A DNA stretch of 64,000 nucleotides. Source: Haliotis rubra (taxonomy: Eukaryota). A program made the position numbers and the translations under genes. The stretch is from assembly GCF_003918875.1 (NCBI RefSeq), contig NW_025767546.1:2232001-2296000 (forward strand), in the 5' to 3' direction. Positions 19,601 through 31,832 of the stretch are shown here, piece by piece. Positions within the stretch are counted from its first letter, which is position 1. The number at the start of each line of letters is the position of its first letter. The notes beneath the pieces were generated by a model, which was given only the letters and a program-made list of their open reading frames with translations, was not told where the DNA came from and did not search any database.

Positions 19601-22249
19601 ACAGTCATGTTTGTAATGGGCAGATAACACTAAACCAAAGTGAACAAATCTAGTGCTTCCTGTATTTTGCGCTGCACATTTATCAACAGAAGTCAATTAC
19701 TAAACTATGGATAGCCACACATACTACATCGATAGTTTTTCCTTTCTACCATCGATTAATTGCTATCAGACTCAACAATTGCAATCCATCCATAGTTCGA
19801 TGCATTGTTACAGCTCTATGCACCTACCTACATATCTTTGGACCTATTCCTATTTTCACATGTCTGATTATTCTAATATGAAGATGTTAACATTTAATAT
19901 ATAATGAGTAGGTTTTTCAGTGCGATAAAACCAAGGGATAAATTTTGGGGTTCATAAATGAATAATATGCAAATGAAACAGTTTCCTCATGCATAATTTC
20001 ACTGACCCTAAACAATAATGGTGTGATCCTTGACTACTGGGCAATAATTGACAGTCTGAGATCTACACAATAAGTAGGATAAGTATTATCAATATGACAA
20101 TAACAGTCTTAAAAGTGAAAATCATCATCTAACTGGGGTGTAGATATAAACAATTGGATATCTGTATAAAATCACAACCCAATATTAAGCTCATATACTC
20201 AGGCACATGTAAATTGATGTCGCAGCTTGATGGTGATTGACAAGTATGACAAGCATGTATATCACAAGCAGTTAGTTACAAAACCCACCTTAGCTGTAGC
20301 ATTAGCCCTGATCTCTGGACTGCCAGACATGTCAACTGTCTCGTACACATTCTCGTACACCTCCCTGACGGCTGTCAGGAAATCACTCTGAAGAATCTTC
20401 TGTAGAGCCACCAGCTTCTGTGCAGGGAAATCCCCACCTGTCACAGAGGAATCAACTATCATAAATCTATGCAGTGCTCACGGTGATAAGCACTCAGATT
20501 CATGAAATATGTATGTTATCTTTGTAATTCCGAAAACCTGGTTATTGCATGTAATATCATGTCACATAACATAAAGTAACAGTAGTCACTTACTCCTCTG
20601 CAATACATCCAGAAGTTCAATTGCCCTGTTGATATCTGAAAAATAAAGGAAGATGGTGTCAGCGTATACTGGGCTTGATTTAAAGTATGTAAGAGTGAGA
20701 GAGTGAGTTTAGTTTTACGCCGTACTCAGCAATATTCCAGCTACATGGCGGTGGTCTGTAAATAATCAAGTCTGGACCCGGACCTTCATGGGTGAGGTAT
20801 GTAAGAGAAGTACATGCAACTTGACCTAAACACAAAGACGAAATCAAGTGACCAACGCTGTCTGAAACTCTGTACAGTAAACTGAGAGCCTTAACATACC
20901 ATATTGACAGCACATTTAAAAAAACTGTAGATTAAGAGGAAAAACTGAACGTCCAAACATTTTAGCTGAAGAAATATTCTCTTGCAATAGAAATTACAAA
21001 ACACAAATACATCGCACAATAGCCTGACAAAATCTGGAGGTAAACAGACATAGCATCGGAGTACCAGTCGAACTGCTCTAGCTACAAAATGCCCCAGCAT
21101 ATTTGGTCAAATTGCTCTGGGTTTTGGGTCAAATTGCCCCAGGGTTGGTTGTCAAAATGCCCCAATTAATTATGTATATGCCATAAATGTATAGTTTTTG
21201 TCAACTTTGATATTACATTCTTCATATAAAAGTTAGTAGAAAGAAATATTTCTGATAAATGTTCCATAGTAAACTGATAAGAGCAAAAGGAATATACATA
21301 TATAGAAAATACTGCGATACCAATTATTGTGTGTGAATGTTTGAGCATTACAACTACTTGAGTTGTAACTTGTATAAATTGATTTTGGACGAAGGGTAAG
21401 TCATTCACTCGTTCCAACTGACAAGATGACCATCAACTGCAGTATGAAGTATGAGGAAGCGGACAGGACAATAATTTTCAGTGAAGAATAAAAATCAAAG
21501 TTTACAAATAACTATTCATTTATGGCACATATTTAGCCATTTTTAAAAAATCGGGGCATTTCCCAAAGGCCCATTGCAAACACAGGATTGACATCACAAA
21601 CATCTGTCTGTCCCACTGGGGATTATTGGGGATTATGGACCGAAATCTTTCCCATGATGACACTGAAGAATATTCAGGCAGATGTGTTTTCCAGTGCATG
21701 AATTGTTATGCTTATAATACATGTAGATTTGTCCCATGACAAACATGTGCATTGGTACCTGTCAAATACTCTACACGTTTTAAGTCCACATTTACCGTAT
21801 CCAGGAAAGCGGCTTAATATTTTCAATATCTGTCTTAAACTCCTAACCAGAGGATATGATCATCATGATGATATGTATTTCAAAAATCAAAACGTTATTC
21901 CTTCCGCCCAATATACATTAGCGATTGTTTCAAGCAGTAAATTAAAATAATTACCATCTCGATTTCTACACTGGGACGGTGACAGAGGAACGGGAAACCA
22001 TACATTCCGTAAATTCCTACCACATGAAGTCAACAGCAAAGTATGGATAACTTGTTTCTCTTCCGCATAATCATTGCGACATGGGCAGTTATGATGCGCG
22101 AATTCGCCCTGTAGTCGGCATGCATATGCAATACATAATGTCAGACAAATGATTCCCGTGTGTAGAATCATTTACGCATTTTCCAACAACAAATAAATGA
22201 TAAGAAACTCACCTTTCTCCAAAGTGAGAGGTTCAGCCACAGACGCCAT
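16570..22249 (-). CDS. lin7: Protein lin-7 homolog (MALS/Veli; L27 + PDZ scaffold). 6 exons: 22213-22249, 20594-20635, 20289-20437, 18334-18544, 17209-17263, 16570-16667; one apparent +1 frameshift in exon 4
   Basis: Spliced translation [196 protein letters not shown] is the recognisable LIN-7 sequence (196 aa after removing one G). All introns are GT-AG. Confidence 0.97.
17209..17263 (-). CDS. lin7: lin-7 exon 5
   Basis: ttccag|AGC GTG GAA...TCA G|gtaaat; [18 protein letters not shown]. Confidence 0.93.
18334..18544 (-). CDS. lin7: lin-7 exon 4 (PDZ domain; extra base at ~18495-18503)
   Basis: ttccag|GCC ACA GTA...GGC GTG|gtaggt; GLGF PDZ motif; 211 nt between two phase-0 introns. Confidence 0.95.
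18758..19273. mobile_element. Foldback MITE with ~210-bp inverted arms in lin-7 intron 3
   Basis: TATAGTC..GAAAACGTACCGATGAATT...AATTCACCGGTACGTTTTC..GACTATA; termini related to the 1663-2115 element. Confidence 0.85.
20289..20437 (-). CDS. lin7: lin-7 exon 3 (L27 domain)
   Basis: gacag|GT GGG GAT...GCT AAG|gtgggt; [29 protein letters not shown]. Confidence 0.95.
20594..20635 (-). CDS. lin7: lin-7 exon 2 (L27 domain)
   Basis: ttttcag|AT ATC AAC AGG GCA ATT GAA...AGG A|gtaagt; [14 protein letters not shown]. Confidence 0.92.
22213..22249 (-). CDS. lin7: lin-7 exon 1 ([12 protein letters not shown])
   Basis: aaaATGGCG start context; G|gtgagt donor. Confidence 0.92.
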
Positions 22250-23306
22250 TTTGTCTAATGAACAAGATGCTATTTGCCAACGACAGACGATTGTTAAAGG
22301 TTCAAATATATATTCTCTGTTGTGTCATATTCTAAGATTCTACCTATACTTTGTATAAAATGTCATAACATATTACCTAATTAAGAGCTTATCGAAAAAA
22401 AACAGATATGCGATATGCTTCTTGTAATTGAAACGACTGAAGACGATATTAGTTTTGTTAAGTAGTACATTTGAATTCTCCTTACACTGAAGATACGACA
22501 TTAACAATGTATAGAGTTTATGGGTTTGCTCAAAATGAGTTATTTCCCTTGGACCAGTTCATCAGCTCTCCTTCCCAAGTGGAACAGTAAGGAGAGTTCT
22601 GCCAATAAAATATCGTTATGAGGAGCTTGCAACTCTCAGCTTCGATCTGAGATTAAAATAAATAATGCCTAGTGTCACTTTCTAATGCATCCCCAGCATT
22701 TCGGAAAAAAATGCGTATAAAGCAGGGATTCCTAATGTATCGTGGATTTAAAAAAGGACAAAAAACAACACATTTCACAAAAGTATGCTTTTTGAGAAGA
22801 GCACGTGGAGGGAAATTGTCATCAATACTGCAACATGTATTAAAAACACAAAGCTGTTAAACAAATGTAATTTTTGTAGTATTTAAAAGGTTCACGTTGG
22901 GATTTTGTTGAGGCAAAATTTTAGAATAGAAATAGAAGCGACAAAACCCTTTCCACATTCATAAGAAATCTCTGCTAAAAGCAGAGTCGATTGTACAATA
23001 GGGACTGTATCAAGAGCATGTTTGTTTCAGCAGAATTACAGCTGTACGTTGTTGTTTGTAAACAAATCGAGGCTGAACCAGACAATCCAGTGAATGTCAC
23101 CACGAGAATGTGTTCGCGAAAATGTGTATCCATGGTTAGAGTGTTATATAGTCATTATGTCACCGGAGTGAGTGAGTGAGTTTAGTTTTAGCAATATTCC
23201 AGCAATATCACGGCGGGGGACCCGAGAAATGGGCCTCACACACATTTATGGTCGGGAGCTCTGCTACATAATATGACCAAATCAGAGTAAGGCTTCATGC
23301 GAAAGG

Positions 23307-23662
23307 TGAGGTGAGGTGAAATTGGGTTTAACGTTTTGCTTGAGAATATTTCGCTCATGTGACGACGTGCATGCGTGTGTATGTGTATGTGCCGCTGCTT
23401 GTACTAGCCCAGACTGAAGCTGGTTTTATAGTGCTAGCCCACTGAGATACGATGCCGCAGTGAATCATGAATACCCCACTCAGACACATTATACTGACTC
23501 CGAGCCGACCAGTCCTTGTTGTACCCAATAATGCCGAGCGCCAGGCAGGGACCAACAAGTACCATATTTTAACGTCTTTTGGTATGACGCGGTCGGGGAT
23601 CGAACCCGCGACCTTCCACTCTCCGAGCGGACGCTCTAACCACTACACCACGGAGGCGGTCT
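23307..23662 (-). mobile_element. tRNA-derived SINE family C (~355 bp, conserved central body, Meta/Deu-SINE-like), full length
   Basis: A box TGGTGTAGTGG, B box GGTTCGATCCC, (TCACC)n tail, TSD CTTCATGCGAAAGG. Confidence 0.85.
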
Positions 23663-24304
23663 CCTTCATGCGAAAGGACAGAGACGGTTTGTGAACTATG
23701 TGAGAAATCCATCAGTGTCTATTTTGCTTGAATTGCTGCATTGCTGAAGTGACAATTCCCTGATAATCTGATTGTGAAGGCTCGCTGCCATTCTGCGAAA
23801 CGTGAAACTGGAAACAAAATCGGCTTTATAAATCGTTTTCGACATGTTGTGTATTTGCAAGTATAAGAAAAACAGGCAGTTGTCTGCCATTTGAACTATT
23901 TTGATAAGTAAAGGTTAATTATTTCATGGTTTTCAGTTACAAGGAAATTGTTTATTTTCATTTAGCAAAAGGGGGCTCTTGCTTTCTAAAGAAGTGCAGT
24001 GAAGTGCTCCAGACAGTGTGTTCACAGGAACACGAGGGGATCGGTTGCAGATGGCTCCGATATCTGCTATATGCTCTCAGAAACACCAATTTAGTATAAA
24101 TACTCCCAGTGCTTGAGTCTACCAAACCAACACACACATGTGAACCCAGATTTTGTGTCAAGAAACATGAAGGCTTTATACAGCTTCCCAGTAAAGTACC
24201 AAGGATATGAGGAGCTGTGTATAGAGTGAGTGATTGAGTGAGCATGACTTTAACCCGCTTTTGGCAACATTCCAGCAATATCGGGGGGTGGGGAGAGGGG
24301 ATGG

Positions 24305-24605
24305 GTGTGAAATGGGGTTTAGCGTCGTACTAAAGAATATTTCACACATATGACAACGTGCATGCGCGTGTGTATGTGCGGCTGCTTGTACTAGCCCGGA
24401 CTTAAGCTGATTATATAGTGCTAGCTCACTGAGATACTATATCGCAGTTAAGCTTGAATACCCCACTCAGACACATTATACTGACTCCAAACCGACGAGT
24501 CCTTGTTGTACCCATTAATGCCGAGCGCCAGGCAGGGACCAACAAGTACCATATTTTAACGTCTTTTGGTATGACGCGGCCGGGGATCGATCCCGCTACC
24601 TTCCG
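24305..24605 (-). mobile_element. SINE family C, 5'-truncated
   Basis: Reverse-complement match. Confidence 0.82.
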
Positions 24606-24619
24606 AACAGTGTTTAAAA

Positions 24620-25530
24620 ATACAAAGGTTGTATCTTCCCAGTAAAGCACCAAGGATATGAGCAGATGTGTATGGAAACACAAAGGCTCTATATTCCCAG
24701 TAAAGCGCTAAGGATTTGAGCAGCTGTGTATAGAAACACAAATGCTCTATATTCCCAGTAAAGCACCAAGGATATGAGCAGATGTGTATAGAAACACAAA
24801 GGTTGTGTATTCCCAGTAAAGCACCAATGATATGAGCAGATGTATATAGAAACACAAAGGTTGTGTATTCCCAGTAAAGCACCAATGATATGAGCAGATG
24901 TATATAGAAACACAAAGGCTCTATATTCCCAGTAAAGCACCAATGATATGAGCAGATGTATATAGAAACACAAAGGCTCTATATTCCCAGTAAAGCACCA
25001 ATGATATGAGCAGATGTGTATAGAAACACAAAGGTTCTATATTCCCAGTAAAGCACCAATGATATGAGCAGATGTGTATAGAAACACAAAGGTTGTATAT
25101 TCCCAGTAAAGCACCAATGATATGAGCAGATGTGTATAGAAACACAAAGGTTGTGTATTCCCAGTAAAGCACCAATGATATGAGCAGATGTGTATAGAAA
25201 CACAAAGGCTCTATATTCCCAGTAAAGCACCAATGATATGAGCAGATGTATATAGAAACACAAAGGCTCTATATTCCCAGTAAAGCACCAATGATATGAG
25301 CAGATGTGTATAGAAACACAAAGGTTGTGTATTCCCAGTAAAGCACCAAGGATATGAGCAGATGTGTATAGAAACACAAAGGTTGTGTATTCCCAGTAAA
25401 GCACCAATGATATGAGCAGATGTGTATAGAAATCTTAAGGTTCTTTTTACCCAGCGGTTGTGTCCAGTAGAACACCAAGGATATGGGCAGCTGTGTATAA
25501 AACACATAGGTTGTGTGTTCCCAGTAGGTC
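24620..25530. repeat. 58-bp minisatellite, ~15 copies
   Basis: TATTCCCAGTAAAGCACCAATGATATGAGCAGATGTGTATAGAAACACAAAGG(CTCTA/TTGTG). Confidence 0.95.
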
Positions 25531-26344
25531 TGTCCAGTAAACTGACAAAGACCTCTTCTCCGTCTCCCTGTTTCCGCCGCTCGGCAGATATGTGTTTTCT
25601 TCATCCTTCCCATTCTAACAGTCCTTCCCAATGTGTTCGTGTCTACCGGCATTCTCATTACGCCACTAATCGAATTCTAAAGGACGTAGTATTTGCAGTG
25701 TTCCCAGATCCTCTTGAGTCTTCCCAGGACGAGGTCCACGGTGGTGACGAGAGGCTTGTATACTCCAATTGTATTGAAGGTGTGTGCACAACGGTCAGAC
25801 TGCTAAATTATCCCTGCTGATGAGGATGCCCGCCACTTGCCCATCCGTTCGTCACGTGACTCTCACACACCGTTAACACTGACCACCAAATCGATGCCTG
25901 CTGGTCAACCTTGAACTCTGTTAGATCTGCTAAGTGTCTTTCTTCCCGGGTCATTAATGGCAGCTAATGTGTTCAGGGTTCAACTCCCTACTCGAGTACA
26001 ATTTGTGAGGCTCTTTCTTGATCCTACTTGTGATATTGCTAAATGGTGTTAAACGCGGCGCAAAAACACTGTTGCTAATGTGTATTGGATTCGATTCCCT
26101 ATATTCGATTACAGCGTGTAAAGTCCATCCCTGATCCAACTCTTGATGGTCTATGTTGTGTTAATCGCGGCGTAAAATTAAAATGACTAATCTTTCTCTA
26201 CTGTCTCCCGTCCAATTTGGTTTTGCTGGAATATTTTGGGGAAAATAATTATATATTTCTACAGTTAATTATTTTTCGGACTCGTTTGTGTAAACTAACG
26301 TACAAAGAAAAGTACATATAGTTGTTGTTTCTATTTTTACAAAT

Positions 26345-26378
<34 letters not shown>

Positions 26379-26598
26379 CTACCGCCACGACCACCAACAT
26401 AGTCACAACCGTCNNNNNNNNNNNNNNNNNNNNNNNNNNNNNNNNNNNNNNNNNNNNNNNNNNNNNNNNNNNNNNNNNNNNNNNNNNNNNNNNNNNNNNN
26501 NNNNNNNNNNNNNNNNNNNNNNNNNNNNNNNNNNNNNNNNNNNNNNNNNNNNNNNNNNNNACCAACATAGTCACAACCGTCGTTATAGTCATCGTTGC

Positions 26599-26629
<31 letters not shown>

Positions 26630-26685
26630 GCCACGACCACCATCGTCGTCATCATCATCATCATCAGCAGCAGCAGCAGCAGCAT
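26345..26685. repeat. (CAT)n/(CAG)n microsatellite containing the assembly gap (N 26414-26560)
   Basis: Direct observation; ACCAACATAGTCACAACCGTC occurs on both sides of the gap. Confidence 0.95.
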
Positions 26686-28624
26686 GTGGCAGCACACCAT
26701 CAGTCTTAGCCCGCCTGCCCCAGCACCGCGCTATCTGTGGCGTTTATCAGTCCCATCACACACCCCTCCATTGCTCCAGATCGGCAGCAGGTGGCTGTAC
26801 AACAAAGGCGGCTCAGGGAAACAGTCGGATCCCATGTAGAGGAATCTTTCCTATTGATCTGACATTAAATTAGGAACTAAGGCTGTACGTGTAAAGCTCT
26901 GGGAGAACATTAACTCATGTTTAGGACACTCAGTAGGATTTCTGTCTCTGTCCACACAACTCTCTTCTGTAAGCGCAGTTTGAAAGAGCTCAGCAATGTG
27001 TTCATCAGAGTATATCATTCTTGAGGTTAGTGCTGGTTGACTTTTGAGAATTTTGTTCAAATTATCTCCTCTAACGTTGGACATGTCGTTAACTAGTGCT
27101 GGTGTTTGTTAAAGAGATTAGGTATTTTAGTTATTTAGTGAAATGATGACGATGTGTGTAGTTTATGTACAATACGACGTAAAGATATATTCATACAATC
27201 GTCCTGGTTTATTATAAGTTGTTCACTGGTCATGAGGGGGACATGGGTTGATGTACCCTCCATGTTTGTTTCTGTTCCCTGAGCCCGAAGGATCTTACCT
27301 AAAACCTCAATGTTAACAGCGGTTAATTCTGAACTGTTTGAAGCACGGGCATTGGATCATAATAAGGAGTACCGGAGTTAGGCAACAGCCCAAACACTAC
27401 TAACACGAAGTACAAAACGAATTCCCACAGTTCGGCATTTCCAGCGGGTAACATAGAAAATGTGGGTACATTGATTGGCTCGGTGATTTCCCATTTTTGG
27501 CAGTCTGTTGTGCACTGGACCATGTAGGTGTTGTATCTCACAGCCAAAACTGGGACAACTGATGTGACCAATTAAGATCAATTAGGTCTCGTCGGTAAGG
27601 TGTAACTAATTTGCTACTGGGACAATTAGGCACTGAGGATGTTTGTAAAAGTAAAGAGGTTAGAGTTAGGGAAGTTCATTTCACATACTAGAAAAGAAGG
27701 ATGTTTGATTTAGATAGAGTATATATAGATTTGAAACTGAATTTCTTGTTACACTTATGATCACTATGTAAGAGAAAGGACAGATCCTGGATGGAAGAAA
27801 GCAAGGTGCCGACATGCTTTTGGATGGCTATCGCTATCTCAGACGGAAAGCGAACAAAAATTGCACAATTCCATGGAGGTGCCAGTCTGTAGAAGTACAT
27901 GTGATGCAAATGTATTGTAAATAAATTAATCACCACCAATGCTTGTGGCATATACTAATGCTTAGTCTCTGAATATATATAATTTTGATAGTACCAAACA
28001 AGCCCATTTAAATTGAAAAGGAGCCCCAGGGACACCAGAGATTCAGATTCCTGAACCCGAGGAAATCTAGACTTGCTTTATTTAGGGCTTTAGCACTGCA
28101 GAGAGGGCTTGGCAGTAGGGAAAATAATGTGGTTCAGGGACTGTGAGACAGACTACTTGTGGCAGTGTACTGGCTGGTGTGATTGAACATTAGAAATACT
28201 TTGCAAATGTATTGTGAATAAAATAATCATCACCAATAAAAGTCTTTGTTATTCTGTTCTCTTCTTCACTCTGCATAGTTGATTTAATCAATTAAGACTC
28301 ATTAACGAGGTGTCAAAGGGCTAATTATGAGGTGTGAGTCATAAAAAGCCCAAACCGGGACAACTGTTCTAGCTCGTTAACCAGGTGTGAACACTGACTG
28401 CCAAAAGTGGGACTGCCAAAAGTGGGAATAAATCCAGCCAATCAGAAAACGACATTTGTGTGTGAGGTAAGATAACACATCGTGTCTGCCTAATGCATAG
28501 TCTAAAGTTTGCCAGGGGAACCCGACACAACTAAGGGATATAACTCTGCTCTGCGAATGGCGAAGTTCGACGACTGCTCTATTCGGAGCCGCGGAAGTTT
28601 ACATATACCCCTTAACACCTATTT

Positions 28625-28850
28625 TTGTTTGTTTGTTTGTTTGTTTTTTCAGGTCTAACTTAAGCTGGATAACAATGGTCTGTAAATAGCGAATGTGGAC
28701 CAGGCACTCTAATTCACTGATTGAAACCACGAGCATCGATCGACGTAATGCGATAGCATGCATCAACCAAGTCTGAGAGCCTGGCCACCAGATCCCGTTA
28801 GTCATCTATTTCAAAAAGCATGGGTTGCTGGAGATCATTCTAACCAGGGT
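28625..28850 (-). mobile_element. Family A retroposon, diverged
   Basis: Reverse-complement match. Confidence 0.7.
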
Positions 28851-29339
28851 AAACAGGAACGTTATTGAGCGATCTTTTTATCAAGCAGATACATTTCAAT
28901 TGTGCGTGGTTGTTTGTTTTGTTTGAAAAGAATAACGACTTCAAAAAGCACGCGTGGATTGGGTTCTTTTGGTAAAGCCTTGTAGCAGTAGGTAGCAAAC
29001 CCGGAATCGATTTCAACATGCGAAATTTGTATGATGAAGAGGCGATTAAATTGGTGGCCATGTTCCATGACTTGGCTGCTGCATGCGTGACATCATCACA
29101 ATTGCTTAGATCAGTGTTCATGATATTAATCACTGGAATGTCTGGAGTAGATTGGATCGTTTCCATAGCGTCGTCATAGAGATAGCAAAACCAACCGACC
29201 GACTTACTGGCCAAACAAACAAACCAACAAATAAAAAACCCCAAACAATGTATGAAGTAGATCTGTTTGTGATCCAGACGTGATGTGGTTTCAACATAAC
29301 CACATGTGACGTTAAACAATATTTACTCACTTACAGATT

Positions 29340-29560
29340 GACCCGTAAGATCCGGTTAGAATTGGTGTACAGTAACCTATGCATGTAGTAAGAGGCGACC
29401 AACGGGATCCGGTGGTCAGGCTCGCTGACCATGTTGACACATGTCATCGTATCCCACTTGCGTAGATCGATGCTCATGCTGTTGATCACTAGATTGTCTG
29501 GTTCAGATTTGATTATTTTCAGACTGAGTGCAGTGTTAAACCAACCAACCAACGAATCAC
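29340..29560 (+). mobile_element. Family A retroposon
   Basis: Sequence match. Confidence 0.8.
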
Positions 29561-30146
29561 TCACAGATTGAGCTATTGACTTACTTGCACTAGCAGAACA
29601 GAGTTTCCATATCACAAAACAGTGATTATGAATATTCATTGATTGTATTTTTCCTTAAAAATACTTTGCAGAAACATAGTACCGAATATACAACTACCTT
29701 AATCAATGATGACAATTACATTTGCCAAATATAACATTTCAAAATATCAGCGGTAACGACGGTACAGCCAACTTGAACGTCACCCACGCCGATGTTCATC
29801 AATTTGTGGAACGACATAATTGCGTGACGACGTTGTGTAAGACAACATCATTTCCTCGACTGTCATTACCTGGTACACATCAGTGTTGTGCAGGACGGAG
29901 ATTGGACTCTGTGTCCCGGGATTTGATGTACACAACACGTGCGATCACCGCTTTGTGCTTCAAAACAAAGGACATGTTTGCAGACTCACCCTCGTTGATG
30001 GCAAGAATAAATATTTATAAGACAGATCAAGCTTTCATAGAGAATCTCAATTTGTGGAATGGATGTTGAGATCGATAAACTAAACGTATCTTAGTGATCG
30101 GTGGTCGGGTGATCGGCTTGCGTGTATACTACTCAGAGTTTGTTAA

Positions 30147-30525
30147 GGTTGTGATGGTGTAGTCCTGTTCATAGAGCTCCGGTCACAAACCAGTTGAAGT
30201 TAAACAATGTTGGGCGCGGACAGTTCTTGGATGGGTGGCCGTGTTTTGGCAGCTTGACTCCTGAGAGTTTCTAGGACTTCAGTCCTGCCCCACAACGAAG
30301 CACATGTGATACATGTGGTCTCACCTTAGACAAGTGTATTTGTTCAAAATTGCCTCTGTTCACCCAGCAGAAAATGGGTACCCGGTAGGATAAGTCATGT
30401 GACTATTAACCTTCAAGTGCCTCACAGACAGCTTGGGTTATCCAGGGTAATTCCATCCTATACTTTGTGATGCGCAGTTGAACAGCTTCGAGTTGGATAC
30501 CAGGTGCCACGGAAATCCATTATAT
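30147..30525 (+). mobile_element. SINE family D with 5S-rRNA-like promoter region and CORE-like domain
   Basis: GAAGTTAAACA...CTTGGATGGGTGGCCG (5S box A/box C-like), then TTGCCTCTGTTCACCCAGCAGAAAATGGGTACC. Second copy at 48012-48388. Confidence 0.7.
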
Positions 30526-30799
30526 ATAAGGATCACCACTGTAACATGTTATTTTGTCCGTCTCTCTTGAATTAGCTAAAGACACCACATGAAGACATGT
30601 TAAACGAACAATAGTCCGTGCCTATGTGTCACACCTGTAACACGTGATCAATAATCAGTCAGATAACCTGTGACAATGTGATATTTGACCAAATTTGAAA
30701 AGTAAACGTTTGTTGTCCAAAATACTCTCAGAAGCGCGTGTTATGGTTTCAGGCTGCCAAAATACCATGTCTGAATGGTTGTCATAGGAACATTGTTCC

Positions 30800-31345
30800 A
30801 CTCTTCAGTAGGAGCATTGCCTTGTTCCAATAGAGTTCCCATAAAGACAGAGACTCGTTTTGTCCGAGATTGATTCTTCCTGCTCTACTGATCCCTCCCC
30901 AAATTATCATAGTGGTCATGTTTGGCTTCGGTGGAATCCTGAAATCTTTGTCAGAGCCACACAGTTGATCTGTGAAATCTATACAGTATCTCGATTTGTC
31001 AGTCAAAAGTACTGGAGCTCAGTCCTGATCTGTCCAATCGATGTGATGCTGTGCCCAGTGCAAACGTGCCAGCTTGTGCGTCAGTGAGATCTATGCGAAT
31101 GTCGGAGACGATCACGCACTATGGGATTGGAAACGTTAACGCCACTGGCGGCACGCGGGAAATTTCTGAGTCTGGTTGCATCCACAAGGTGTTTGCGTCT
31201 TGCTTTCCTGTCGCCGTGTGGTGGAACGCTGTCGACCACCAGCAGACCCTAATGTCTGGTATCGAATCCATGCTTGTTGATCAAACTGAAAACCAGAGGC
31301 ACTAGCAAGTGACGTTGTAGTGACCCAGCTTCCTGCCTGCATCTG
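30800..31345 (-). pseudogene. Degenerate Tc1/mariner-family transposase fragment
   Basis: Minus-strand frames give WIRYQTLGS..RQRS, SGVNVSNPIVRDRLRH, HKLARLHWAQHHIDWTDQD*APVLLTDKSRYCIDF and IIWGGISRAGR. These match Tc1 HTH/DDE motifs (WxxVLFxDESRF, VWGGIS) but contain stops and frameshifts. Confidence 0.85.
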
Positions 31346-31552
31346 TCTAATTCTTTGGCACTTTAATTTCAAATCTCACACATTTCTACAGTGCTTTTGA
31401 GATTTATGTTAAGCAGTTTTCGGGACTTAGGGACTGAGGATGAGGCTCAGAATGAACATTTATTCAGGATGCACGGGTGGGAGTAGGGTATGTGTGGATC
31501 GTGCGGTGTTTTGGGTCTTTGGAGCTCATGGGGATTGTGGAGAGGTGTATTA

Positions 31553-31713
31553 GTGAGTGAGTGAGTGAGTTTAGGTTTACGCCGCTTTTTGCAATATTCC
31601 AGCAATATCACGACGGAGGACACCAGAAATGGGATTCACACATTGTACCCATGTGGGGAATCGTCTTCGGCGTAAAGAGCCAATGCTTTAACCACTAGGC
31701 TACCCAACCGCCC
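31553..31713 (-). mobile_element. tRNA-derived SINE family B
   Basis: Reverse-complement match with (GAGT)n tail. Confidence 0.8.
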
Positions 31714-31832
31714 AGGGTGCCGTTGTACAAAACAACCTTAGCGCTAAGACTACCTTAAGTCTATGTTAAGGTATGGGAGTTACGGTCACCTTAGCGCTAA
31801 GAACGTTTTGTACAACGGCACCCTGGGCGGTT
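31706..31832. mobile_element. Palindromic mini-MITE (GGG..CCC ends, CTTAGCGCTAAG motifs)
   Basis: CAGGGTGCCGTTGTACAAAAC / GTTTTGTACAACGGCACCCTG. Related partial copy at ~32057-32150. Confidence 0.7.

Noticed and set aside
24620-25530. Regular repeat arrays (also 55050-57350 and 63045-64000) as possible CRISPR arrays
   Set aside because: Units are head-to-tail with no unique spacers, there are no cas genes, and the context is eukaryotic; these are minisatellites.
25680-25800. Harbinger-like transposase remnant on the minus strand (VDLVLGRLKRIW)
   Set aside because: Too short, and lacks other diagnostic motifs.
25810-25862. Hammerhead ribozyme (CTGATGA followed by GGATG/CATCC stem)
   Set aside because: The stem is followed by GTTC instead of GAAA, and no stem I partner was found.
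26249-26873. Poly-Asp/Met/Ser ORFs
   Set aside because: They come from a (CAT)n microsatellite spanning an N gap.
29722-30069. 115-aa ORF as a gene
   Set aside because: Non-ATG start, no recognisable domain and no supporting splice structure.
30180-30245. 5S rRNA gene
   Set aside because: Only the internal promoter portion is similar; it is diverged and embedded in a dispersed repeat.
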